IMG/VR virus record: IMGVR_UViG_3300028666_000024
Coordinates: 128,001-169,231 of that record
Direction: 5' to 3' (one strand)
Length of the DNA: 41,231 bases
Origin: a virus
Lineage: Duplodnaviria > Heunggongvirae > Uroviricota > Caudoviricetes
The notes under the pieces were generated by a model, which worked only from the letters and a program-made list of their open reading frames with translations, did no database searches and had not been told where the DNA came from. Of the stretch, positions 26,455 through 35,308 are shown piece by piece (the first letter of the stretch is position 1; the number at the start of each line of letters is the position of its first letter). Made by a program: the position numbers and the translations under genes.

Positions 26455-27118
26455 TTTTAACATTCAAGATTATGTTGTTTCCTTAATTGATAATATGAGT
26501 CTTAAAAAAGGAAGCATAGGAATTGTAAAAGGTATTTTGATACAAGAGAGTATGCTTGCTGTAGAATGGAATGATTTTTATTCTGGTACTTCCTGTAATG
26601 GACTTTGTAAAACCAATTCCGGTTTGTTTGTTAATTTCGATACAGTAAAATTATTTTATATATTTAAATTAGGTGATTATGTCGAAATTAATGATAAAAC
26701 AAGTATCTATAACGGATTCAAAGGTTTGATCACTTCTTTCAGATATACCCCTCCATATAAAAAAGAAGTAATTATTAGTTGCGAAAACAACAATAAAATA
26801 TCAACTTCAGAATATTCTATAAGACTTGTAAAAAGTTCAGAAGAAATTATAAAAAGTTCAGAAGAAGTTGTAAAGAAAAAAAGTTCAGAAGACACTTCTT
26901 ATATAGAATTAGATGAACTGTTTAAAAGAGCTTCTGAAGATTTAAAAAATTCTTTTTTAAAACAAATAAATAATGTTCAAATTATTCCACAAGATAAAGT
27001 AGAGTTTTTTTCTTTGGGTTTTAGTGATTTTAAATATATACCAGTTGAAAAGAAAATAGAACCATTTCAAAGTATTTTTATGAACAAGAGAAAAAGATTT
27101 TTCTTTATAGATAACTAA
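26447..27118 (+). CDS. SH3/CAP-Gly-like repeat-domain protein with KRKRFFF tail
   Basis: G.VK...VEWNDFYSGTSCNGLC; second FKLGDYV...G.I module; ends KRKRFFFIDN. Confidence 0.6.
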   Translation: MNNFNIQDYVVSLIDNMSLKKGSIGIVKGILIQESMLAVEWNDFYSGTSCNGLCKTNSGLFVNFDTVKLFYIFKLGDYVEINDKTSIYNGFKGLITSFRYTPPYKKEVIISCENNNKISTSEYSIRLVKSSEEIIKSSEEVVKKKSSEDTSYIELDELFKRASEDLKNSFLKQINNVQIIPQDKVEFFSLGFSDFKYIPVEKKIEPFQSIFMNKRKRFFFIDN

Positions 27119-27133
27119 CTAACAGGAGATAAG

Positions 27134-27865
27134 ATGGCAAATCCAATTAATAAAAAAGATTTAATAATTACAGATTTTGAAACAACAGGAACAGATTTTA
27201 GAACACATGAGATTATTGAGATAGGTGCAATCAGAGTTGATTATCAATTGAATATTATTGAAGAATATTGTCAAAAAACAAAGATAAATCATCCTGAGTT
27301 GTTGACCGAGAGTGCAAAACGTTGTAATGGTTATCAAGAACATCTTTGGAAGAATTCAAAAGATTTAGAAGAATCTATCAAAGAATATCTCGTCCTTGCT
27401 AAAAGTGCTATCTTCGTTGCTCATAATACTACATTTGATTGGTTATTTCTAAATCAAGCAATGTATAATTTTAAAATTAAGGATACCTTTGATAGATATA
27501 AATATGATATTCCAACTATCTTTCATACGCTTTATCCAGATGCTGAGTATATTGGGGTTGATAGCATAAGTAAAATGTTAGGTCTGCCGGAAGAAGTTAA
27601 ACCACATGCCGCTATCAATGGTGTACGACAGTCTTTGAAAATTTTGAGAAGATTGAAAAATTTACCAATCGATGATTTAGAAGAACTTGAAAAGAAGAGA
27701 AGTCCTTATTCATATGGTCAAATGTTTGGATCTAAATATTCTAATACTGTTTGTGTAATATGTAATAATAAAATCAAAGAAGGTGAAATGATGTGTAAGC
27801 AATATGATAACAGAGATAAAAATAATATCAACTATGTTCATGTTGATTGTATTGGGAGGATTTAA
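27134..27865 (+). CDS. DEDDh (DnaQ-like) 3'-5' exonuclease with C-terminal zinc-binding module
   Basis: DFETTG, EIIEIGAI, FVAHN..FD, PHAAING; C-terminal CVIC...HVDC. Confidence 0.85.
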   Translation: MANPINKKDLIITDFETTGTDFRTHEIIEIGAIRVDYQLNIIEEYCQKTKINHPELLTESAKRCNGYQEHLWKNSKDLEESIKEYLVLAKSAIFVAHNTTFDWLFLNQAMYNFKIKDTFDRYKYDIPTIFHTLYPDAEYIGVDSISKMLGLPEEVKPHAAINGVRQSLKILRRLKNLPIDDLEELEKKRSPYSYGQMFGSKYSNTVCVICNNKIKEGEMMCKQYDNRDKNNINYVHVDCIGRI

Positions 27866-28009
27866 AAATATCACATGATAATCTTGGTGATAAAATGAAG
27901 AGCAAACTAACCTGTGAGTTCTTTTACGACTATATTGATTTTGATGATAGACTTAGACACTCATTAAAATTATCTTCGATTGTAGAGGATCTTAGGTGTG
28001 TTAAATTAA

Positions 28010-28039
28010 AAAGGCTCCAGAATTTCTTCTGAAGCCTTT
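28010..28039. terminator. Bidirectional terminator between convergent genes
   Basis: AAAGGCT.CAGAA-TTTC-TTCTG.AGCCTTT. Confidence 0.65.
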
Positions 28040-28061
28040 GAAAGAATTTGAAAAATTTTTA

Positions 28062-29000
28062 TCAATCTTCGGAAGCAAAATTAAACTTCCGGAGCGGTTT
28101 GACCTCGATCATGCTCGGAAGAATTTTTTCAATCTTTTCAAACTCCTTTTTGATTTCTTCCCGAAAATCATCATTTTTCCGAAGAACTTCAACATCACAT
28201 CCCTTCATGACAAGTTTTGCCTTTTCCACCAACTCAGTCAGGTCGTTATCATCCGTGATGTTCAGGTTTTTGAAGTTGTTGATGAATTCCTCAAAATTTT
28301 CAAAGGAGTTCTTTTTGAATCGCCGTTTATTTCCATCCGGACTGTCACCGAGGACTTCTGCAAGATGAGATATCAATTCTGCAAACTTCACCCGTAATGC
28401 CTGTTGAATCTCGATGGCGGCATTCTTCAACTTATCCGAGAACTCTGCACGTTCCCTCTTGAAGATTTCCGGAGAGATTGACTTCAGACGACCGGGGAGG
28501 GTTTCTTCGATGTAGTTTGTCTCGACCCCGAACTCAGCAGCGATGCTTTCCTTTGATAAATAGTCGGCAGGATTAAATACTCCACCGAGATCATTTTTGG
28601 CATCCCTGACAGCTTGTTCGTAAACGTCGATGAACTTTGAGATTTCCATCAAGCGCCGACTCCGGTATTCCTGAATCATGCTGTCAACAACTTCCAGATT
28701 GGCAAGGGGAATCAGGTAAACACCACGACCGAACGGAGAGGGAAGACTGAGTTTCAGGATATCCGACCTGATTGCATTGTCGGAACTCATGATTTCATCA
28801 AACTCCGGGCAACTGAAAAGTTTCTTCGATACCCCGATGTTCTCGGTCTTCGGTTGCTCACCATGACCTTCCTTGAGTTGCATCGAATCGCTTTGCACCT
28901 TGCGACGAATACCCGGACGGCTGATCTCAATACGGAACGCGATACACTTGTCAAAAAGATTTGGTTGGGTTTCGAGGAACGACTTTTTAGGCTTCTGCAT
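28062..29000 (-). CDS. DUF3150-like helical protein, GC-richer than flanks
   Basis: SKKL...SLP...G.YLIP...F...YE......LG..FN..DY pattern; GGAGG RBS and own promoter. Confidence 0.6.
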   Translation of the reverse strand: MQKPKKSFLETQPNLFDKCIAFRIEISRPGIRRKVQSDSMQLKEGHGEQPKTENIGVSKKLFSCPEFDEIMSSDNAIRSDILKLSLPSPFGRGVYLIPLANLEVVDSMIQEYRSRRLMEISKFIDVYEQAVRDAKNDLGGVFNPADYLSKESIAAEFGVETNYIEETLPGRLKSISPEIFKRERAEFSDKLKNAAIEIQQALRVKFAELISHLAEVLGDSPDGNKRRFKKNSFENFEEFINNFKNLNITDDNDLTELVEKAKLVMKGCDVEVLRKNDDFREEIKKEFEKIEKILPSMIEVKPLRKFNFASED

Positions 29001-29059
29001 AACAACCTCCGGTTTAGTTTTGGTGTTGATTGATGTCGTTTCAAACTTCCTACAACTAA

Positions 29060-29088
29060 AATATACAACATCCCGGACAACAATGCAA
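29060..29088 (-). promoter_or_regulatory. sigma70-like promoter, class B
   Basis: TTGCAT-17-TATATT with upstream TTTAAAATAGATTTAAAAAGAC, also seen before 33392. Confidence 0.8.
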
Positions 29089-29115
29089 GTCTTTTTAAAT
29101 CTATTTTAAAATATT

Positions 29116-30396
29116 TTACTCCCATTCATTGAAAAAGAATCTGCTTTTCTTCGGTAATAGTTTTGAATTCAAGGACTTAGAATCTTTTATACACTCACAT
29201 TTCCTAATTAGTTTCAAAAACCTTAAAGATACTTCTGTATTATACGCTGATCCGTTGTTCGAAGCAAACCATCTGACGATAACTCTTTTGGGTTTTTCAA
29301 AATTAATAATCTTTCCTCTTCTACCCACATTAATGGATTGAGAGAATCTAGTATCTTCCAAACAATTCTCTACAATATCACCAACATCAAACATTTCATA
29401 CTCTTCTTCCCGCGAAATCATATCATCTTCACAATACCAACCATAACCAGCAGAACAAAGTCCGTTGCAGTTGATTCCTCCAACGTATTCATCCCATTCA
29501 ACTCCGATTAATTCAGAGTCAAATCCTATAATGGTTCCAGTCAAATCTTTCCAAATCTTTCCAAAATTTGTTTTAATATCCTGAGTTGCAGTGACCTTAT
29601 CCCCGATCTGAAGTTCCCGAAAAGTGAATTTACTTACAAATCGTATTTGATTAAAATTACAAGTTATAAAAGCATCTCCTGATGATCTTTTATCTGGAGA
29701 TTTGTTTTTTATATAAAATTGAATAGTTCCTTGTCCTACACTTGCAACCTCAAGAATTTTTCCACTTAGATATTTAAAGCAATCATCTACACAATAAATA
29801 ATCTTTACATACTCTCCCGGTTTGAGTGCATCTTTATCTTCAAAAGATTTTTCCGAATATTGTGGTGAAGGAGTTGTGGATTTAGTTAGATCATCACAAG
29901 AAATAAATTCACACCGGGACTTATCGATATACCAAAGGGAATTTTTTGGACCATCACCAGTAGTTAAAGTATTCCAATCAACATAATAACATGAAGTACT
30001 TTCATCAACAATAGTTCCAACCATACCCCCTATGATTTTATCTTCCATAAAACCTTTAACTTCATTTTTAATACAAATAACATAACTTCCAATCTTTGAT
30101 ATCTTTGGTATTGGTGGTTGAAGAGATGTATAATTTAATTTTATTTTATTTTCTTCTTCAGGCGAATCTATTTTTTTGATGAATTTTTCTAATTCATTTT
30201 TAGGCCATATTATAATCCACCCATTCATTGGGTTTCCAGCAGAACTTATAATGGGAATATCCCAATCAACAATAAAATCTCCATCACTATCGATTTTTAT
30301 AATTTTTCCTTTCATACCAACTTTTAAATTCCAAGGAGTATCAAAACTTGAATAGTTTTTTATGACTTCAATCCTATCTTTTACTTTAAAATTCAT
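29116..30396 (-). CDS. Multi SH3/CAP-Gly-like domain protein with KKSRFFF tail
   Basis: About five modules of type (GD/G).V...G.(I/V)...V.W, including GVEWDEYVGGINCNGLC; ends KKSRFFFNEWE. Confidence 0.65.
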   Translation of the reverse strand: MNFKVKDRIEVIKNYSSFDTPWNLKVGMKGKIIKIDSDGDFIVDWDIPIISSAGNPMNGWIIIWPKNELEKFIKKIDSPEEENKIKLNYTSLQPPIPKISKIGSYVICIKNEVKGFMEDKIIGGMVGTIVDESTSCYYVDWNTLTTGDGPKNSLWYIDKSRCEFISCDDLTKSTTPSPQYSEKSFEDKDALKPGEYVKIIYCVDDCFKYLSGKILEVASVGQGTIQFYIKNKSPDKRSSGDAFITCNFNQIRFVSKFTFRELQIGDKVTATQDIKTNFGKIWKDLTGTIIGFDSELIGVEWDEYVGGINCNGLCSAGYGWYCEDDMISREEEYEMFDVGDIVENCLEDTRFSQSINVGRRGKIINFEKPKRVIVRWFASNNGSAYNTEVSLRFLKLIRKCECIKDSKSLNSKLLPKKSRFFFNEWE

Positions 30397-30431
30397 TTTG
30401 AATTCCTTTTGAAGAAGATTTTGAATCTTTA

Positions 30432-30460
30432 AAAATAATTCATGGCAGAAATAAAATCAA
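30432..30460 (-). promoter_or_regulatory. sigma70-like promoter (divergent pair, leftward)
   Basis: TTGATT-17-TATTTT, shares CCATGAATTA with the rightward promoter. Confidence 0.6.
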
Positions 30461-30503
30461 GATTTATTTTGAAAGGGATTTAAAATAATTGAAAATAAAG
30501 TTC

Positions 30504-30532
30504 TTGCATTTGATTGTACCATGAATTATATT
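30504..30532 (+). promoter_or_regulatory. sigma70-like promoter, class B (divergent pair, rightward)
   Basis: TTGCAT-17-TATATT. Confidence 0.75.
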
Positions 30533-30560
30533 TTGATATCATTTCCGAAAGAGGTTTATC

Positions 30561-31112
30561 TTGCTGCTCCCTGAAGAAATAATTGTCGGCAAACAAATCT
30601 ATATTGTTTATGATTTTAATGAATTGTGGGGAGGATTTCCAAAACTAATTATTTTAAAAACTGAAATCATAGATATCTCTCAAGGACTTATACATACAGG
30701 TTGGGTTCGTTCACCTGATCCTAGAGATATGAAATTTAAAGATAGTTGGTTCCCGGAGGAGATACAAAAACATGGACATAAAACATATATCTCTGCTTCC
30801 TTTGATAAAGATAATTGGATTGATGAAATAATTCAAAAGTTAAATCTTCAAAAGAATATTTCAAAAACACTTTATTATAGTTCGGAGTCATTTATGCCAA
30901 CTGAAAAAGAATTTAAAAGAATTGCTAATAACAGCACTTCCAAAGATTTTCAAACTGTTTGTGAAAAGAAAATTCGATGGGTAACTATCTTCAGTCATGA
31001 GAAAGAAGGATTTGCAAAGGTTGATATTTTTCCTGAAACTTCGGAAGAATATGAAAAGATTGAAAACTGTTTTAAAGAAATTTTAAACAAACGGAGAGAA
31101 AATCCCGTTTAA
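30561..31112 (+). CDS. Hypothetical protein
   Basis: GAGGT RBS, TTG start after the promoter. Confidence 0.7.
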   Translation: MLLPEEIIVGKQIYIVYDFNELWGGFPKLIILKTEIIDISQGLIHTGWVRSPDPRDMKFKDSWFPEEIQKHGHKTYISASFDKDNWIDEIIQKLNLQKNISKTLYYSSESFMPTEKEFKRIANNSTSKDFQTVCEKKIRWVTIFSHEKEGFAKVDIFPETSEEYEKIENCFKEILNKRRENPV

Positions 31113-31129
31113 ACGAAAGGATAAAGAAA

Positions 31130-31327
31130 ATGAGTAACTTTTTTTGGGGGGTTTTCTTTAGTGCGGCAGTTACACTTTTAATAACATTGAGTATTGGTGA
31201 TGATAAATCTAAACATATGATGGAGAGACATCTTGGAACTCAGGTTGTTAATGGAGTAGTTTATAATGTCTCTATTGATAGCACTGCGACAGATTCACTT
31301 CATAAAATTGAATGGAGGAAAAAATAA
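31130..31327 (+). CDS. Small membrane-anchored protein
   Basis: AAGGA RBS; N-terminal hydrophobic helix. Confidence 0.65.
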   Translation: MSNFFWGVFFSAAVTLLITLSIGDDKSKHMMERHLGTQVVNGVVYNVSIDSTATDSLHKIEWRKK

Positions 31328-31402
31328 TTTGAAAGAAGTTTAAAATTTACAGAAGAAAATAATGTCAAACTTTTAATAACTCATAAAGATTTAAATATCT
31401 AT

Positions 31403-31654
31403 GTGGATTATTTCTTTGTTCCTTTAAAATTAAGAGGACAAGGATTAGCAAAGAAGACTATGAAACTTCTTTGTGAACATGCTGATAAATTTAAAACTAA
31501 TATAGAATTATTTCCTTGTCCATTAGATAAACAAACTGACCGGGAAAAACTTCTAAAATTTTACAGAGATTTTGGATTCAAGAGAGAATTATTTTCCCAC
31601 AAATACAAAAGGAAATTTAACCGTGGCAGACGAATACCGAAGGGAAATGGATAA
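31403..31654 (+). CDS. GNAT-family acetyltransferase, 5' end possibly damaged
   Basis: VP..LRGQGLAKK acetyl-CoA motif and L.KFYRDFGF; frame is open back to 31328 with no start codon. Confidence 0.65.
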   Translation: MDYFFVPLKLRGQGLAKKTMKLLCEHADKFKTNIELFPCPLDKQTDREKLLKFYRDFGFKRELFSHKYKRKFNRGRRIPKGNG

Positions 31655-31844
31655 TAAAGTTGGTGTTGGAGGTGTAAAGTGTTTCTGTTGCAACGTATAT
31701 CATGGTAAATCCAAGGCAATACTTAATAGGATAGTACGACGAAAACTCAAGGAGAGAATTAAAAACGAAATACATGAAGAGTCAAACCCCAAAATCACAA
31801 TCAACTATCTCAGGAGTAATACAAATGGATCAGCAGACAAGTGA
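31623..31844 (+). CDS. Small basic hypothetical protein
   Basis: AAGGA RBS before GTG 31623; GGVKCFCC motif. Confidence 0.5.
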   Translation: MADEYRREMDNKVGVGGVKCFCCNVYHGKSKAILNRIVRRKLKERIKNEIHEESNPKITINYLRSNTNGSADK

Positions 31845-31950
31845 AGTTTTGACAAACGAAATTATGTTGGGTGCCGGATGCTCTGAAGTTTTTCTGTGCT
31901 GCGATTGTCCAATTCAAAACAAATGTGATGATTATTTCCTGAAAGATTAA
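31774..31950 (+). CDS. Small Cys-rich protein (58 aa)
   Basis: C....CCDCP....C; TAATG coupling to 31950. Confidence 0.5.
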   Translation: MKSQTPKSQSTISGVIQMDQQTSEVLTNEIMLGAGCSEVFLCCDCPIQNKCDDYFLKD

Positions 31951-32702
31951 TGTTTAACCCAAAAGATTTAAATATAATAGAGGTTGATAACGGAAATTAT
32001 AATGTTAATTATAATGTTTCCTATAATCCAGATTTTGATAACGGAAATTATAATGTTAATTATAATGTTTCCTATAATCCAGATTTTGATAACGGAAATT
32101 ATAATGTTAATTATAATGTTTCCTATAATCCAGATTTTGATTGGTATTATTATCCTCCTGATGAAAAAAAACCTGAGATAGAAGAATGTAGTGTTGTTGC
32201 AAAGAATAATTATTTAAATGTTATTAAGAAGGGAATGATTGGTGAAGTTGTTGTAAAAGATATAGTAAACAAAGAACCCCTTTTTGGTGTTGATTGGGCG
32301 GATTTTACTGGAGGTCATGATTGTAATGGTAATGGTAGAAAAAAACATTGCTTGTGGATGAGGGAAGAATATTTAAGATTGGCAGAGAAATCTGATTATA
32401 ATGAAGTTCCCATCACTCCAAATTGTATTTTTAAAATAAATGATCTTGTAGTTTCTGAGGTAAATCAATATGAAAATCAGTTGATGAAAGGTATGGAAGG
32501 AATAGTAAGAAAAATCAAACCAGAATCTACAAGTTTTGCCGTTGCTGTAGAATGGTTTGGTATTGTTGATGGATCTGATTGTGAAAAAAGTTGTAAAGAA
32601 AACAATGGATTATGGATGTTATATCCTGAAATTAAATTGAAAAATGATTTTAAAGATTCAAAATTTTTCTTTAAAAAGAGGAGATTCTTCTTCGATGAGT
32701 AA
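31950..32702 (+). CDS. Two-module SH3/CAP-Gly-like protein with N-terminal 17-aa repeat and KKRRFFF tail
   Basis: KGM.G.V...GVDW..GGHDCNG and KGMEG.V...VEW..GSDCEKSC; ends KKRRFFFDE. Confidence 0.65.
   Translation: MFNPKDLNIIEVDNGNYNVNYNVSYNPDFDNGNYNVNYNVSYNPDFDNGNYNVNYNVSYNPDFDWYYYPPDEKKPEIEECSVVAKNNYLNVIKKGMIGEVVVKDIVNKEPLFGVDWADFTGGHDCNGNGRKKHCLWMREEYLRLAEKSDYNEVPITPNCIFKINDLVVSEVNQYENQLMKGMEGIVRKIKPESTSFAVAVEWFGIVDGSDCEKSCKENNGLWMLYPEIKLKNDFKDSKFFFKKRRFFFDE
31984..32141 (+). repeat. Perfect 51-nt tandem repeat x3 (DNGNYNVNYNVSYNPDF)
   Basis: Units start at 31984, 32035 and 32086. Confidence 0.95.
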
Positions 32703-32751
32703 AAATTCTTATGGGACTAAACGTAAATTCTTTTTCGAAGATGAGGAATAA
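32695..32751 (+). CDS. 18-aa micro-ORF MSKNSYGTKRKFFFEDEE
   Basis: GAGGAG upstream; overlaps the previous stop; carries the same tail motif as three larger proteins. Confidence 0.45.
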   Translation: MSKNSYGTKRKFFFEDEE

Positions 32752-32756
32752 GATTA

Positions 32757-33086
32757 ATGATAAATAGTTTATGGTCACAGGATATTTTTATTCAACTTGC
32801 TGTACTTTTTAGTTGTCATTATTTCGCCGATTTTCCGATGCAGGGAGATTGGTTGAGTGAAGGAAAAAAGAAATCATGGTACTTTATGTTTGTTCATTGT
32901 ATGATTTATGCATCAACCTTTGTTCTCTTTGCTCATATATCTTTAACGGCAGCATTAATATTATTCGTAACACATTTTATAACAGATCCTATCAAAGCAA
33001 GATGGAATCTGATTTCATTTGAGATGGATCAAGCTATTCATTGGTGTGTAATAATTTTTATATGGTTACAATTTTATGTTCACTAA
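32757..33086 (+). CDS. DUF3307-like membrane protein
   Basis: HYFADFPMQ...K......HC.IY...HFITD.....DQAIH. Confidence 0.75.
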   Translation: MINSLWSQDIFIQLAVLFSCHYFADFPMQGDWLSEGKKKSWYFMFVHCMIYASTFVLFAHISLTAALILFVTHFITDPIKARWNLISFEMDQAIHWCVIIFIWLQFYVH

Positions 33087-33087
33087 A

Positions 33088-33176
33088 TTTAACGAAGTCT
33101 TTAACGAAGTCCTTTAACGAAAGGTAGTGTTTATGTCTAACAAAGTCTTTAACAAAGTCTTTAACAAAGTCTTTAA
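33088..33176 (+). repeat. Two short arrays of a 12-nt unit, tttaac(g/a)aagtc
   Basis: About 3 copies of tttaacgaagtc before the gene start and 3 of taacaaagtctt inside it (NKVF x3). Confidence 0.8.
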
Positions 33177-33366
33177 TGTTTCTTATAATGATATCGAAAA
33201 TGTTTGTTATGATGATGTCGAACAACTCCAACGGGAATATAACAAAACTCTCCGGGAATATAATGATACTAATGATTTATATTCTTACGAAAAACTTGAA
33301 AATCTTCTTGCAAAAATTCATAATCTTGATTCTAAAATTTTGAAAGAAACAGGTTATCAAAGTTAA
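33127..33366 (+). CDS. Hypothetical protein
   Basis: ORF; start probably ATG 33133. Confidence 0.55.
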   Translation: MFMSNKVFNKVFNKVFNVSYNDIENVCYDDVEQLQREYNKTLREYNDTNDLYSYEKLENLLAKIHNLDSKILKETGYQS

Positions 33367-33391
33367 AATTTAAAATAGATTTAAAAAAGAC

Positions 33392-33420
33392 TTGCATTCT
33401 TCCAAACCATGATGTATATT
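33392..33420 (+). promoter_or_regulatory. sigma70-like promoter, class B
   Basis: TTGCAT-17-TATATT with upstream TTTAAAATAGATTTAAAAAAGAC. Confidence 0.8.
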
Positions 33421-33457
33421 TTAAGTGTAATAAAATTCTTTATCTCAAGAGGATATT

Positions 33458-33712
33458 ATGGCATACAAATACGTCAGGTTTGAGAATGGAAGATATCAGG
33501 ATGGTCCGGAAGATTTTATCATTATCTTTCCGGGAAGCATCAATCATAAATCTTTTGCTCGAACAATTAGAGGAAAACCTGTTTCTGCCGGGAAGGTTGA
33601 TGTTGATGTAGAAGGTAAGTATTATGCATACGATGAATCTGAAAGTCTAAATTTGAAAAGTAATCCTGAAGCAGATTCAAAACTCCTTAATATTCAAAAT
33701 AGGATTTATTAA
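33458..33712 (+). CDS. Small phage hypothetical protein
   Basis: GAGGA RBS; KYVRF...IIFP..I.H...PVSAG...ESESL.LKS. Confidence 0.75.
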   Translation: MAYKYVRFENGRYQDGPEDFIIIFPGSINHKSFARTIRGKPVSAGKVDVDVEGKYYAYDESESLNLKSNPEADSKLLNIQNRIY

Positions 33713-33895
33713 ATGAAAACCTATCGAAAATGGACCGTGACTCTCACCAACGGAAAAACCCAAGTATACACTGAGGACGGAGACAATGTACAGATCGACG
33801 GTACCAGCACGGTATATCCGTTGCCGGTATTTTGGGCCGGGCTCGATAAGATGCGGGCGGCGGGGGGCACGATCACAGAGACTATCACGCACTAA
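33713..33895 (+). CDS. Small hypothetical protein in GC-rich insert
   Basis: Abuts the previous stop; GC3-rich codons. Confidence 0.6.
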   Translation: MKTYRKWTVTLTNGKTQVYTEDGDNVQIDGTSTVYPLPVFWAGLDKMRAAGGTITETITH

Positions 33896-33914
33896 TGCAA
33901 GAGGGGAGATGATC

Positions 33915-34115
33915 ATGACGTATATCGCACGATGGGACACGGGCAGCACGTACGGCAGTTTTGAGGGCGACAATTTACGCATAGTAAAGATTGAGGTCCG
34001 CAGGGTACTCGCGGGCAGCTTGCCGCGTGGCACGCGCGGTCGCTGGTCAATTGACTATCTCGATCAGACCAAAAGACAGATCGACCCTATCGCAGCCGGG
34101 ATTATCAGCAACTAA
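33915..34115 (+). CDS. Small hypothetical protein in GC-rich insert
   Basis: GAGGGG RBS then ATG 33909/33915. Confidence 0.6.
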   Translation: MTYIARWDTGSTYGSFEGDNLRIVKIEVRRVLAGSLPRGTRGRWSIDYLDQTKRQIDPIAAGIISN

Positions 34116-34239
34116 CCACAACACAACTTTAAGGATGAACAAATTCGAAATCTTATTAAGTTGATTTCAAAAAAAGCTTGGGAAGCCGGAAAAAAGAACA
34201 AAATGATTTCACCATTAGCAGTTGTGAAAGGTTAAACTA

Positions 34240-35106
34240 ATGTGTAACTCTGCCTCTTTCATCGTAACTCAAAATGATGTTTTGTTTTCCAAATATTCAG
34301 ATAGTCATGAAAATATCATATCGGAAAATAAATTGAATGACAAAACAGATACACCTGATTTTGTTCGAATAGAAATTTCTCCAAAGGATAATGATTATCG
34401 AACTCCTATGGAGAATTGGATATTTAAAACAGATCAGGATTTTCTGCCGGAATGGTTTAATATCCAAGAAGCAGAAATCGCCTGTCGAGATAAAATAAAC
34501 GAATGGGCGAAAACTCATATCATTCGAAAAGATACAAAAATTCCAATTGAGTTCACCAAACTGAATTTGATTATTTTATCCGGTAATGTGAAAATCGATA
34601 CAGTGTCTAGTGGATATGTCAGGAGTTATAATAAATCCAAACTGACAATCAATACATTATCTGGTGGATATGTCAGGAGTTTTGATACCTCCAATGTGAC
34701 AATCGATACAGTGTCTGGTGGATATGTCCGGAGTTATGATACCTCCAATGTGACAATCGATACAGTGTCTGGTGGAGATGTCTGGAGTTATGATACCTCC
34801 AATGTGACAATCGATACAGTGTCTGGTGGATATGTCAGGAGTTATGAGACCTCCAATGTGACAATCGATACAGTGTCTGGTGGAGATGTCGGGAGTTATG
34901 ATACCTCCAATGTGACAATCGATACAGTGTCTGGTGGAGATGTCCTGAGTTATGAGACCTCCAATGTGACAATCAATACAGTGTCTGGTGGATATGTCCG
35001 GAGTCGTGATACCTCCAATGTGACAATCGATACAGTGTCTGGTGGATATGTCAGGAGTTGTGGGACCTCCAATGTGACAATCAAAAATGATAGGAGGAGT
35101 AAATAA
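34240..35106 (+). CDS. Variable 18-aa repeat (beta-solenoid-like) protein, copy 1, 9 units
   Basis: Conserved ~117-aa N-domain (MCNSASF...SDSHE...FVRIEISP...DQDFLPEWF) plus TIDTVSGGYVRSYDTSNV-type units. Confidence 0.85.
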   Translation: MCNSASFIVTQNDVLFSKYSDSHENIISENKLNDKTDTPDFVRIEISPKDNDYRTPMENWIFKTDQDFLPEWFNIQEAEIACRDKINEWAKTHIIRKDTKIPIEFTKLNLIILSGNVKIDTVSSGYVRSYNKSKLTINTLSGGYVRSFDTSNVTIDTVSGGYVRSYDTSNVTIDTVSGGDVWSYDTSNVTIDTVSGGYVRSYETSNVTIDTVSGGDVGSYDTSNVTIDTVSGGDVLSYETSNVTINTVSGGYVRSRDTSNVTIDTVSGGYVRSCGTSNVTIKNDRRSK

Positions 35107-35108
35107 CC

Positions 35109-35306
35109 ATGATAATAATCCCAACTAGATATCGAGAACTCAAGAAGGAACTTGATAAGCAGACCTCAATATTCAAAAAATATGAGGCTGCATATAATCC
35201 AAGTGACCGTGACTCTCCTCTCACAAGGTTAAATCTTTCTCGAATGGATAGAGCAAGACAAGTAATCATAGAAATTAATAAATCACTCAAAACCAACCGA
35301 GGTTAA
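35109..35306 (+). CDS. Small hypothetical protein
   Basis: AGGAGG RBS, operon spacing. Confidence 0.6.
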   Translation: MIIIPTRYRELKKELDKQTSIFKKYEAAYNPSDRDSPLTRLNLSRMDRARQVIIEINKSLKTNRG

Positions 35307-35308
35307 TT

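Noticed and set aside
28038-28397. Plus-strand ORFs overlapping the 28062-29000 gene
   Set aside because: Antisense shadows favoured by the higher GC; the minus-strand gene has the RBS, promoter and family pattern.
34657-35124. Antisense ORFs with Cys/His repeats (PDISTRHCIDCHIGG), also 36797-37042, 37090-37440 and 40085-40300
   Set aside because: Shadow frames of the 54-nt repeat, with no RBS or promoter support.
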